Assembly (NCBI GenBank): GCA_964016885.1 | Contig: OZ024740.1 | Location: 217,062,001 to 217,126,000, forward strand | DNA from: Eledone cirrhosa | Lineage: Eukaryota | Reading direction: 5' to 3' | DNA length: 64,000 nucleotides | In this document: piece by piece, positions 50,402 through 62,433 of the stretch | Position numbering within the stretch: position 1 is the stretch's first letter | Layout: every line of letters starts with the position of its first letter | Notes under the pieces: generated by a model | The model's input: the letters and a program-made list of their open reading frames with translations, nothing else | The model's database searches: none | Told to the model about the DNA's origin: nothing | Position numbers and translations under genes: made by a program

Positions 50402-50476
50402 GAGAGAGAGAGACTGCAGTGCTGAATCTGAGGAAGCCACTAATCATGGGATTTTACCTCCCTCTCTCTCTTTCTC

Positions 50477-50508
<32 letters not shown>

Positions 50509-50914
50509 TGTATATACATACATGTGTGTATTTGTGCGGGTATGTATATGTGTATATATTGTGCGTGTGTCTGATGTTACTATGCAAATAACTAGCAAAT
50601 CCATTATTCATTTACATCACTTGTAAGCCTGGCAGTCAAGTTTAACTCTTTAACATTTACCTTACTCTATATATATACTATTATATTTTCACAGTAAAGG
50701 CTTTACCTCACATAATATCAAATATATGAAATTTTGATATTATTTATTTTGAGAACAATACTTTAACATCAGTATGAGCATCAAGTTACAACCAGTTTGA
50801 GCAGAAAGAAGTGTGAGAATTCTGGCTGGGAACAGGTGGTTTAAATGCCATTTTGGTTGTTCATTTTGAACTATCAAAACAGCTTGACTGTCAGGCTTAG
50901 GAAAAATGAATAAA

Positions 50915-50974
<60 letters not shown>

Positions 50975-51044
50975 GTGTGTGTGTATATATATATATATAT
51001 AACAGAGTGTTGTAGTTTCTTTGAAGCATTATTAAATAGGAAAT

Positions 51045-51230
51045 GGCGGTGGATTGACAGTATCGGTAGAGGGTCAGACGCCATGCTTTGATGTATAGAG
51101 TTACGGCCCTTGCCATTCTGAGTTCAAATCCCGCCAAGGTTAACTTTGCCTTTCATCCTTACGGGGTCGATAAAATAAAGTACCAGTAATACACTGGGTA
51201 ATTGCTGGCCTTGTGCCAAAAGTAGAAACA
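51045..51230 (+). mobile_element. SINE family 2 (tRNA-derived head, TTTCATCCTTACGGGGTCGATAAAATAAAGTACC core), 17-bp TSD
   Basis: TSD ATTATTAAATAGGAAAT at 51028-51044 and 51231-51247. The central domain resembles, from memory, the MetaSINE domain and needs checking. Confidence 0.88.
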
Positions 51231-51807
51231 ATTATTAAATAGGAAATATAAATTGGAATAATTTTAAAATTATTCTAATTTGTATTTCCTAGTTAACAAT
51301 GCTTCAAGCAAACTACAACACACTCTCTCTCTATATATATATATGTGTGTATATATGTGTATATATATATATATATCAGGATTAAACCAGTATTAAATTA
51401 GTAAGACCATTATTCAACAGAGTACTCGGTACTTGGGATAGTAGTGCAACTATATTAGATAGAGTCAGAGCCCAACGGCTGAGCTCTTGCCATTTTAACA
51501 GTTAATTCCAGACTATATATATATATATATGTATGTATATAATATGTATAGTTTATGAATAGTAATTCTCTAAAAATATCTGAGCTTATTTTTTCGAAGA
51601 AATTTTAATTGATTCATTTTTCTATAAAGTTTCATGGAGATGCTACATATATATTAGTTGTTAGGTTTCCCTTGGGCAATTTTTGCAGATACTGAGCTAC
51701 ACATACTAAATTAGCATTAAAAAATCTTACAGTTTCAAAAATTGATCACATATTTTCCAAAGAACTAAAAGTAAATTTATTGCATACTTACAATACAAAA
51801 TGTTAAG

Positions 51808-52140
51808 GTGTATGGCTTAGTGTTTAGATTCTTTGGCTTGAAATAATGTGGTTGTGAGTTCGATCCTCGGACCGGGTGATGTATTGTGTTCTTGAGCAAA
51901 ACACTTTAATTCATGTTGTTTCAGTTTACTCACCTGTAGAAATGAGTTGTGTCATCACTGGTGCTAAGCTGTATCAGCCATTGCCTTTTCCATGGACATA
52001 ATTGGTATGGAGGGGGGAGACTGGTATGCAGGAGCGACTGCTGGTCTTCCATAAACAACTTTGCCTGGACTTGTGCCTCAAAGAGCGTACTTTCTAGGTG
52101 CAAATCCCATGGTTATTCATGACCAATGGGAGTTTTACCC
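51808..52140 (+). mobile_element. tRNA/CORE-like SINE, second subfamily
   Basis: TGGCTTAGTG A-box, GAGTTCGATCC B-box, CTTGAGCAAAACACTT...CTCACCTGTAGAAATGAG core; its 3' half recurs at about 58075-58290. Confidence 0.75.
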
Positions 52141-52291
52141 CTTTACAATACAAAATAGCTCTGTATGAGAGTAAACTATTTTTCAAGCATTGTTTAAATA
52201 AAGAGTTTAATATAGGTGTACTGAAGTTTATGTTACTGTTTCAATTTTGAAAAATGAGTCCCAGGGCAAATTTGCTGGTGTTAGTGCCATA

Positions 52292-53135
52292 ATAATTGTT
52301 TCTACTTTTGGCACAAGGCCAGCAGTTGTCCCATTGCATTACTGGTACTTTATTTTATCGACCCTGTAAGGGGCAAAGTTAACCTCAGCGGGATTTGAAC
52401 TCAGATCATAAAAGCCCGTAACTCCATGCTGCAAAGCATGGCGTCCAACCCTCTAATGATACTGCCAGCACTCAGTATGCTCTGTGAACTGTTAGCAATC
52501 AAACAGAGACAGTGTAGGGTTTAGTGAATCCTTTAGTCCTGTTGGGGAGGAATATTATAGCTAATACAGTGGTGCTGCTAGAATAAAAGACATCCATAGA
52601 CTTTGTAAAATATTTTATGTTAGGACATCCAAAAGTGGAACATACAAATAAGATGTGCTTCTCCAGCCTCATCTAGTCACAAACTGTTAACTCAATCAAC
52701 TCATGCTAGTAGGAAAAGCAAATGTGAAATAATAATAATGATGATAATAATAATAATAATAATAATTTCTACCATAGGCACAGGCTAGCAATTTATGGAG
52801 AGGGAAAAGTTGATTAAATTGACCCCAGTGCGTTACTGGTATTTTATTTTATCGACGCTGTAAGGATGAAAAACAAAGCTGACCTCGGCAGGATTTGAAC
52901 TCAGAACATAAAGGGACGTAACTATATGCCACAAAGCATGTTGTCCAATACTACCAATACTGCCAGTTCACTGCCTAAAATAATAATAATAATAGTTTCT
53001 GATTTAGGAACAAGGCCAACAATTTTGGGAGGAGGGAAAGTCAAATTCCCCGGTGAATTACTGGTACTTTATTTTATCAACCTTGTAAGGATGAAAGTCA
53101 AAGCATTTTGTCCAACACTCTACAGATACTGGCTA
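52292..53135 (-). mobile_element. Cluster of SINE family 2 copies (about 52292-52470, 52765-52975, 52995-53135)
   Basis: Shared core sequence; (TAA)n-rich junctions. Confidence 0.75.
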
Positions 53136-53167
53136 AAATAATTATAAGAATAATAAGAATCAGACAC

Positions 53168-54980
53168 ATAGAAATGGTACCGATTGTGTGTACTGGGATT
53201 AGTTAGTTGAAGGTTGGATATATAGAAATGTTACCAATCGTGGTCGATGTACTGGGATTAGTTAGTTGAAGGTTGGATATGTAGAAATGTTACCAATAGG
53301 TTGGTGTACTGGGAGCAGTTAGTAGAAGGTTGGATATGTAGAAATGTTACCAATCGTGGTTGGTGTACTGGGAGCAGTTAGTAGAAGGTTGGATATGTAG
53401 AAATGTTACCAATCGTGGTTGGTGTACTGGGAGCAGTTAGTAGAAGGTTGGATATATAGAAATGTTACCAATCGTGGTTGGTGTCCTGGGATTAGTTAGT
53501 TCAAGGTTGGATATGTAGAAATGTTACCAATCGTGGTTGGTGTACTGGGAGCAGTTAGTAGAAGGTTGGATATATAGAAATGTTACCAATCGTGGTTGGT
53601 GTCCTGGGATTAGTTAGTTGAAGGTTGGATATGTAGAAATGTTACCAATCGTGGTTGGTGTACTGGGAGCAGTTAGTAGAAGGTTGGATATGTAGAAATG
53701 TTACCAATCGTGGTTGGTGTACTGGGAGCAGTTAGTTGAAGGTTGGATATGTAGAAATGTTACCAATCGTGGTTGGTGTACTGGGAGCAGTTAGTAGAAG
53801 GTTGGATATGTAGAAATGTTACCAATCGTGGTTGGTGTACTGGGATTAGTTAGTAGAAGGCTGGATATGTAGAAATGTTACCAATCGTGGTTGGTGTACT
53901 GGGAGCAGTTAGTAGAAGGTTGGATATGTAGAAATGTTACCAATCGTGGTTGGTGTACTGGGAGCAGTTAGTTGAAGGTTGGATATGTAGAAATGTTACC
54001 AATCGTGGTTGGTGTACTGGGAGCAGTTAGTAGAAGGTTGGATATGTAGAAATGTTACCAATCGTGGTTGGTGTACTGGGATTAGTTAGTAGAAGGTTGG
54101 ATATGTAGAAATGTTACCAATCGTGGTTGGTGTACTGGGAGCAGTTAGTAGAAGGTTGGATATGTAGAAATGTTACCAATCGTGGTTGGTGTACTGGGAG
54201 CAGTTAGTTGAAGGTTGGATATGTAGAAATGTTACCAATCGTGGTTGGTGTACTGGGAGCAGTTAGTTGAAGGTTGGATATGTAGAAATGTTACCAATCG
54301 TGGTTGGTGTACTGGGAGCAGTTAGTTGAAGGTTGGATATGTAGAAATGTTACCAATCGTGGTTGGTGTACTGGGATTAGTTAGTAGAAGGTTGGATATG
54401 TAGAAATGTTACCAATCGTGGTTGGTGTACTGGGAGCAGTTAGTTGAAGGCTGGATATGTAGAAATGTTACCAATCATGGTTGGTGTACTGGGAGCAGTT
54501 AGTAGAAGGTTGGATATGTAGAAATGTTACCAATAGGTTGGTGTACTGGGAGCAGTTAGTAGAAGGCTGGATATGTAGAAATGTTACCAATCATGGTCGG
54601 TGTACTGGGAGCAGTTAGTAGAAGGTTGGATATGTAGAAATGTTACCAATCGTGGTTGGTGTACTGGGAGCAGTTAGTAGAAGGTTGGATATGTAGAAAT
54701 GTTACCAATAGGTTGGTGTACTGGGAGCAGTTAGTAGAAGGTTGGATATGTAGAAATGTTACCAATCGTGGTTGATGTACTGGGAGCAGTTAGTAGAAGG
54801 TTGGATATGTAGAAATGTTACCAATCGTGGTTGATGTACTGGGAGCAGTTAGTAGAAGGTTGGATATGTAGAAATGTTACCAATCGTGGTTGGTGTACTG
54901 GGAGCAGTTAGTAGAAGGTTGGATATGTAGAAATGTTACCAATAGGTTGGTGTACTGGGAGCAGTTAGTAGAAGGCTGGA
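53168..54980. repeat. 59-bp minisatellite (GTAGAAATGTTACCAATCGTGGTTGGTGTACTGGGAGCAGTTAGTAGAAGGTTGGATAT)n, about 30 units
   Basis: Unit read directly; some 56-bp variants. Confidence 0.97.
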
Positions 54981-55182
54981 TGGCTTGTGAAGCTAGGAAT
55001 TACCAACAGGAGAGGACTGTTGCAGAAAACAGCCTTGTTGGGAACAGTAAGAATTCTATGGAGGGTGTTGGAAAGTTGAAGGAGAAGGAATGACCCCAAA
55101 GGACCTTTGGCCATTGGTTATGGTCCTCTCTTTTGGTATAGTGTCAGTATAACATCTGCCAGAATAAATAGTAATAATAATT
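54925..55182 (+). mobile_element. R4/Dong-like (restriction-like endonuclease) LINE 3' end
   Basis: LGITNRRGLLQKTALLGTVRILWRVLES* matches the R4/Dong C-terminal LQKxALLGTARIL motif; 3' UTR and (TAA)n tail. Confidence 0.8.
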
Positions 55183-55395
55183 ATTATTTCTACTTTTGAC
55201 ACAAGACTAGCAATTATCCCAGTGCATTACTGGTACTTTATTTTATCAACCCCGTAAGGATGAAAGGCAAAGTTAACCTCGGCGAGATTTGAACTCAGAA
55301 CGTAAAAGGCCGTAGCTCCATGCTGCAAAGCATGGTGTCTGACGCTCTATGCTGCAAAGCATGGTGTCTGACGCTCTACCGATTCTGCCAATAAT
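55183..55395 (-). mobile_element. SINE family 2 with an internal ~29-bp duplication
   Basis: Core matches; ATGCTGCAAAGCATGGTGTCTGACGCTCT occurs twice. Confidence 0.8.
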
Positions 55396-55906
55396 AATAA
55401 TAATGAGAGTATGGCATTCTCCAAGGATAAATATCTTAAAATATTGATTTGTTATTATATTGTCACATATTGAAAGTATAGATGATAATAACTAGCTGAT
55501 CCTGTGGACATTCCAATTTAATTAGAATCCCAAAGATAGATATGGTGGGTTTAATGTTTTTATTTATGAGTTATACACACACACACTAACATACTTACCC
55601 ATACATATGCTCTCACACATTCACACTGGCATATGCACACACACACACACATTCACACATGCACGCACACACACACACACACACACACATGTTGCTGCTT
55701 GAAACTTCAGCATTGCTGCCACTACCATCTCTTTCTCTCTCCCTCTATGTGTATATATATATATATATATCATCATCATCATCATTCGTCCGCTTTTCCC
55801 TGCTTGCAAAGGTGGGACGATATATATATATATACAGTATATATATATCACACTCCCTTCTCTTTCTATCCATCTATCTATCCCTCTCTCATATTCCCCA
55901 TCCCCC

Positions 55907-55938
<32 letters not shown>

Positions 55939-56593
55939 TTCTCCCTCTCCCTCACACACATTTCCTCTCTCTCACACATATTCCCCCTCTCTCACACACA
56001 TATTCACCCCTCTCTCTCTCTAACACACACACACTTGCCATCTTCTTCTTATACAACAAAATCATTAATATAGATTTCTTTCTTTTCTCCCTAATTTACC
56101 AGTAAAAAAAAATTGTTAACATTTTAGGATGACACCAGTATGTCTGGGACATCTATGGAAAGTCTTTCTTTAACTGTTTTGTTCAGTTGTTTTTGACACA
56201 GTGAGATTCTTCATATGGGATTCTTTAACCGTATATGAACTCTGATCTCCTGCTGAGTGTGTGGTCCCTAACCAAGGGCAACTGCATGAAAATCACTGAA
56301 AAAAAGAATTTTGATTTAAACCAGAAAAAAAAAATGTCTGAAATTGTCAAACTTTCCAGCAATGCCTTACTGAAAGATTTAGGCTAAAGTAACAATATAA
56401 AATAATCATTGGTTGGTAAAGAAAGTGGTGTAAATAACAGTGGTAAACTGAAGTGTATGGAAGGATGGAATCCCAGGATTGTGCAATATAACCAAACTTT
56501 ATTAAGACTAGTAGGTTAAAAGCTTTAATTATGTTAAATGTTTCAAAATCAATACTTCTTTTTTTGTAATTAGTTTTTATTTAAACACTGCAG

Positions 56594-56638
56594 CCAAATG
56601 TATGGTCACATCTACCAGTCGATGAGATTCCCTGTAAG
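56594..56638 (+). CDS. Candidate 45-nt in-frame FoxP exon (PNVWSHLPVDEIPCK), phase 0-0
   Basis: T-rich tract then ctgCAG acceptor, AAG|GTGTGT donor, open in phase 0, non-repetitive context. No homology recognised. Confidence 0.4.
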
Positions 56639-57044
56639 GTGTGTGTGATATTTTCATTATAATTGCTTTATGATTAACTTTTTCTTCTCTAATTCATCTG
56701 CTAACATTATTACTATCTTTCATGTACCACACTCTTTACTAAATTTTAATAATTCCATCCTGTGAAACTCTTGCTTTTAGCTATGATGGTTTATTTTTAT
56801 CTAATTCATTTCTGTCAATTTTTCTCTTGAATTTATTTTCATAATTTAAACAACAGCAATACTGCATCACTGAGTTATTTATGTTAACCCATGCTAGTGT
56901 GGAAAAATGGACATAAAACAGTGATGATGATGAAGATGCTAACATGGCAAAGTGTGTTAGCAGGCTTAGTAAAACATTTTACTATTAGCAAACTAGTCTT
57001 CTTTGTAGCAATACCTTGAAATAAAGATTGATGGTCTTCTAGAT

Positions 57045-57411
57045 CAGCGGTCGCAAACCTTTCGGACCTCATGGACCACTAAATTCATAATTTTAAATTC
57101 CTGCAGACCTCTAATATGAATTTTTTTAAAAAGATGAATACATTTATAAAATAATGATCGGAGAACTTCTATTTTATTAAACAATACTGAAGGGTATGTT
57201 TGTCATATTGTCGATATATGATACATATGTGTAAAATTCTTTCATGGATGTTAGTTCTTTACTGAGGAGAAACATATTTTAGAGGTGTTATAAAATATAT
57301 TTTAACCAAATATTTTTATTTTATTATTAATAAAATATAAAAATTGAAGATAATGTCCAAATTTTCTCTTGGACCACTGGTTGTCTGCAGATCACCAGTT
57401 GGCAACTGCTG
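57045..57411. mobile_element. hAT (Charlie-like) MITE
   Basis: Imperfect TIRs CAGCGGTCGCAAAC / GTTGGCAACTGCTG, subterminal GGACCAC motifs, left flank TTCTAGAT (nTCTAGAn target). Confidence 0.62.
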
Positions 57412-59916
57412 TTATTTAGTTATATACATAAATATCTTACTAATGAGTCCAATTTAAGTGACATAGACCTTCTTTTGACAACAAGGAAAGATCCACCCAC
57501 AAAGGAAAGCAGGTTTTGACAGTTGAACTCATAAAGTTCTCAGATATATTGTTTAATCTGTTCTTTTATGTTTTATGAGGAAACTCCCAGCTATGGCTGT
57601 CTAGTCATGCATGAAAGATGACACGAATGTCACAGTTTTTTGTGTATTACCTTCATGACATCTTTGAAGATCTTCAGATGTCCTCCTCTTGTTAATTTCC
57701 CTTCCCTCAGTTAGCTGTAAAAAAGTTGTTGAGTCATTTCCCCATTCAAGGTATTTGCCCTGCTTACTGAAGGCAGTTCTTGATGCTAGTTGCTTTGATT
57801 CTGGTAGACTTTATTCAGGATTCTGTTAATATTGGGAGATACTTTAGTTGGTTTAATATGCTGATGGTTAACACTTTAATATCTTCATGGTTAACACTTT
57901 AATATTTTCATGGTTAACACGTTAATATCTTCGTGGTTAACACTTTAATATGCTCATGGTTAATACTTATACTGATACAAACATGGTTCTTGACAGATCT
58001 TCAGTTGTCTTCAATGTCAAAGTAACTCAACACACCTGGAACTTAGGGATAAAACTAATCAATAGATGTATTTTGAACAGACCTGTAGAAATGAGTTCCA
58101 ATGTCACTGGTGCCAAGCTGTATTGGCCATTACCTTTCCCTTGAACAACATCAGTGGTGTGGAGAGGGGAGACTGGTATGCATGGGTGACTACTGGTCTT
58201 CTACAAACAACCTTGCCCAGACCTGTGCCTTGGAGGGGAACTTTCTAGTTGCAGATGCCATGGTCATTTGTGACTGTGGGGGTGGGGGGTCTTTACTTAA
58301 TGTTTGTTAGTTGTCAGATGTTAAATACTAATTTAATTAGACTGGATGTAAGTCTAAGAGGACTCATCAGCTAGTGCTGATGAAATACACCCAGTCAATG
58401 CTTTAAAGTGGTATTTCTCGTGCCACAATAAAATGCAGCCAGCCCATTCAGTAAAGTAATAGTGTTGGTGCCACACAAAAGATGCACCCAGTACACTGTG
58501 TTAGGTGGATGGTGTTAGGAAGAGCAACTTGCTATAGATACCATGCCAAAGAAGGAACATATAAGGAAGACAGAGTAACCTCATGTATCTAGCCTCAGAA
58601 TATAACTTGTCCAACCTCTGTCAGTGTAGAAAGTGAATGTAAAAATGCCATGCTAGCGTGGAAAATGGACGTTAAATGAGATGATGATGATGATTATGTT
58701 TGAGGAGTTATAAAAACAAACCAATAAAAGAAAAGACTTTGATGATGAAAGACAGATCATCTTGCTTATTTTTTTATTTTATATTTTAAAACTGATGTCG
58801 CAATATTATTATTATTATTATTATTACTATTATTTTTTTTATTTTTTTTAAATTTGAAAATGTATTACAAATAAGCTTAATTTTCATTTTCAAGACATCA
58901 CGATAATTAATAAACAAATATTGAAACTAATAATGATAATTAATATGTAAACTATGTAATGAATATATTTAATAAGATGTTTTTGTATATATAGGCCAAC
59001 TTAAGTTGATATAGGTTAATAGAACAGATTTATATTTATTTATTTCAATAAATTAGTATTTATTTCAAGACACAAAATCAGTTGATCAAATAAAGGACAA
59101 TTGAAGAATTTTGAAATATTTTAAAACAGCTAATTCTGTATTATTTCAAAATAAACATTGATAAATGACTGAGAATCTCTGAATCAGTATATTTGTATAA
59201 GAATGCAGCAGTAATAAATCAAAATATAATAAAAGATAATCTAAATTAAAATCTTGTCAGACAATTTAGTTGCTGATAAAATAAAAGAAATTTATGTCAG
59301 TTTTTTTTTATATATAAGTAAGTTTTAGTAATTCTACCTTCATACTTTTAATTTAGTTGAGAAATAAATGTAAGCAAGAAAATATTTAAATCATAAAGAT
59401 AGGCAAGTAAGTATTTTGTGTGTTGCTACACCTTCCAGAGTTACACTGGCAAGTGACTTGGTTTGAGACTATGTTTTGAAACTAAGGGCAGTGTATTGGC
59501 AGAATCATCAGAATGATATATAGAAATGCTTTATGGTATTTGTTCTGGCTCTCTGATCTCTTAGTTCAAATCTTGCCTAGGTCAACTTTACCTCTCATCC
59601 ATTCGAGTTCAATAAAAATAAAGTACCAGTCAAGTACTGGGACTGATTCTTCCTCTGTATTTCTTTCTCACGTCCACTCTCTCACTCTCTATCCTTCTAT
59701 GGAAGAAATCTGCTGTATTCAGACCTGGAGAGTATTGGGCTCCGGCAGGTCTAAAAATGCCCTAGAAATGCCACTACAACTCCCTCAGGAGTTACAGGTC
59801 CATGCATGCCAATCATGTTGAAACTAAAGCCATTACGTCATTTCAGTTCACACAATGAAATTGATATATTTTTTACTTTTCATTTCTCATTTATTTTGTA
59901 GAGTCAAAATTTTCAT

Positions 59917-60091
59917 TGCAACCTGGTTGCTCACACAATTCCTCTCCAACCTGGTTGCTCACACAATTCCTCTGCAACCTGGTTGCTCACACAATTCCTC
60001 TGCAACCTGGTTGCTCACACAATTCCTCTGCAACCTGGTTGCTCACACAATTGCTCTGCAACCTGGTTGCTCACACAATTGCTCTGCAACT
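59917..60091. repeat. 28-bp tandem repeat (TGCAACCTGGTTGCTCACACAATTCCTC) x6
   Basis: Seen directly. Confidence 0.95.
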
Positions 60092-61361
60092 CATATCATT
60101 GGGATATTTTGTCTTTTATCATTGTTTAGGGAGGGGAAGGCATCGACACCCATAACTATTTTATTCAGGGCCTGATTGATGAAAGGCAGAAGGGTATTCT
60201 CAAATTAGGTAACTAGCAACAGAGTGGGCTCTATTAAAGTACATAACCCTTTTATTCAATGCCTTTGAGACTGATGGGGGTGAGAAAGGTATCTTCAAAC
60301 AAGAAACCTTACTATAAAGTGAACTCTGCTAAAGTACCAAAAAACCAGCTAGTGGTGTTTCTAGGGGACAACTATGCTATATATGCATGGATATCAACAA
60401 ATTACATGCATGCTCTAAATCTAAAGAATTGTGTCTTTCTCACAACTCAATTATTATATAGCAAAGGATAGGGAGTGGTTTAACAAGTTTTCTTTTAATA
60501 ATTAGCAAGTATATTAATGGAGGGTCATTTTTGCCATTTTAAAAAAGCACAAAAAAAACTGTTAAATCCACTTAACATTACTTATTGCTTGGTGTCAACA
60601 TTTTATTGTTTGCAATCTGGCCACTGACAAAGTTAGAGTGGATCAGTGTCAGTGACCAGATCACAAAAATCATGGCAAAAATTTCAACACCAAGTAATAA
60701 ATAAATATTAATTGAATCTTACAATTTGTGTGGGTGTTTTAGTGGGGTTATTTTTTTTCATATGTTTTAATAGGGTTTTTTTTTTTCAGTGCTTTTTCCA
60801 TGAAATAATTGCTTCAATTTCAATACATTGTTTAAGATCAAGTCACTTACCGGACAAATATAAGTTTGAAATCTTTAATAATGAATTCTTGTATAACATA
60901 ATCAAAGTTGGCAATTTTTGTTGTAAGATGTGAGGCTGTTTGACAACAAGAATTAAAATGTGGATAACTGCAGTAAGTTTAGTGGGAATTCTATGACCTA
61001 TGTAGTGATAGTGCAGCAACAGCACTATCAGCAGCAACTCTAGATAATGATAACCTAATTGTTATGCACTGTTGCTATGAGATATAATCTAAAATATAGC
61101 TATGACAGGATGTCCACCAGTGTTTAACATCCGCTTCCATTAGGTCAATTTCATGTTTCACTGTTGTTTGTGAAATAGGTTCTCTAAACCTCTCATTTCT
61201 CTCTTACCAACTTCATCTCCCCAACCCTTTTACCTTTTTTTTTTACTCCCACTCTTTTTTCTTTTGTTTCCTCTATATTGTTATATATACACACACACAC
61301 ACTCACACAAACATATCATCATCATTATAATTGTACGTTTAGTTTTCCATGCTTGCACTAG

Positions 61362-61405
<44 letters not shown>

Positions 61406-61515
61406 GTGTATGTACATTAAAAAAGGTTATAACAAGAAGATAGAAATATTTAAAAAAATTCAAACAATACATAAAAAAAAATTCAAACAAAAAATAATAA
61501 TAATAGTAATAATAA

Positions 61516-61762
61516 GTGATTGTGGTTGGTGCAGTTAATAGAAGGTTGCATGGCTTGAGAAGCTAGGAATTATCATCAGGACAGGATTGTTACAGAAAAC
61601 AGCCTTGCTAGGAACAGTAAGAATTCTATGGAGGGTGTTGGAAAGTTGAAGGAGAAGAAATGACCCCCAAAGGACCTTTGGCCATTGGTTATGGTCCTCT
61701 CTTTTTGGTATAGTGTCAGTATAACATCTGCCAGAGCAAAAGTGTTGTGAATGATAATAATT
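61516..61762 (+). mobile_element. Second R4/Dong-like 3' fragment
   Basis: LGIIIRTGLLQKTALLGTVRILWRVLES*; 3' UTR near identical to 55080-55165; (TAA)n on both sides. Confidence 0.8.
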
Positions 61763-61802
61763 AGCAGGAATGAAGTATCAATATAACATCAATATATTTA
61801 TT

Positions 61803-61895
61803 CACATGTGACAGACGTTTTGCAATTGATCAGCTCAATGTATCATTGGTCTTGATCAGGCCTGACTCTGGTATTGATGGCTCCTCAGACTTGTG
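61803..61895 (-). ncRNA. Degenerate hammerhead motif (GAAA changed to AAAA)
   Basis: CACAAGT-CTGAGGA-GC...GC-AAAA-C-GTCT-G-TC-ACATGTG-AATAAA. Confidence 0.55.
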
Positions 61896-62433
61896 GGTTC
61901 CCCAATTAATGGTATTATCTCTGCCACACCATTATATATCTTTAACATGTTGTTGTTCAGTTGTAGTGTCAGTCTACCCCTTGGTGTTCATTGTAATATA
62001 TATATATCCTCATAGCAGCCGATGGCAACTTCTTTTTCTGTCTTTTAAGGGTCTTTATCCTATTGTATGAGCTATCTTTCTGTGCTTGAGCACTTTCTTT
62101 ATACTTATATATATATATATATTGTATATATATATTTCATATATATATATATATATATATGTATATGTATGCATGTATATATTTTATATATATATATATA
62201 TAGGCGCGTGGCTGAATGGTAAGAGAATTGAACTCTCAATCGTGAGGTTGTGAGTTTGATTCCTGGACTGGGCGATGCGTTATGTCCTTAGGCAAGACAC
62301 TTTATTTCACGTTGCTCCTTCTACCTGGAGTTGCAACCGATAGATAGTATTAGCAATTGGAAAGACCAATGGAAACATTGTTTCCTCGGTCCGATTTGAC
62401 GAAAGTCAATCGATTAAAAATATATATATTTAT

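Noticed and set aside
57625-57700. Possible minus-strand hammerhead (ATGTC...ATGAAGG...AAAACTGTGACAT); a similarly weak case near 23750-23800
   Set aside because: Core boxes are too degenerate and stem II is unsupported; chance cannot be excluded.
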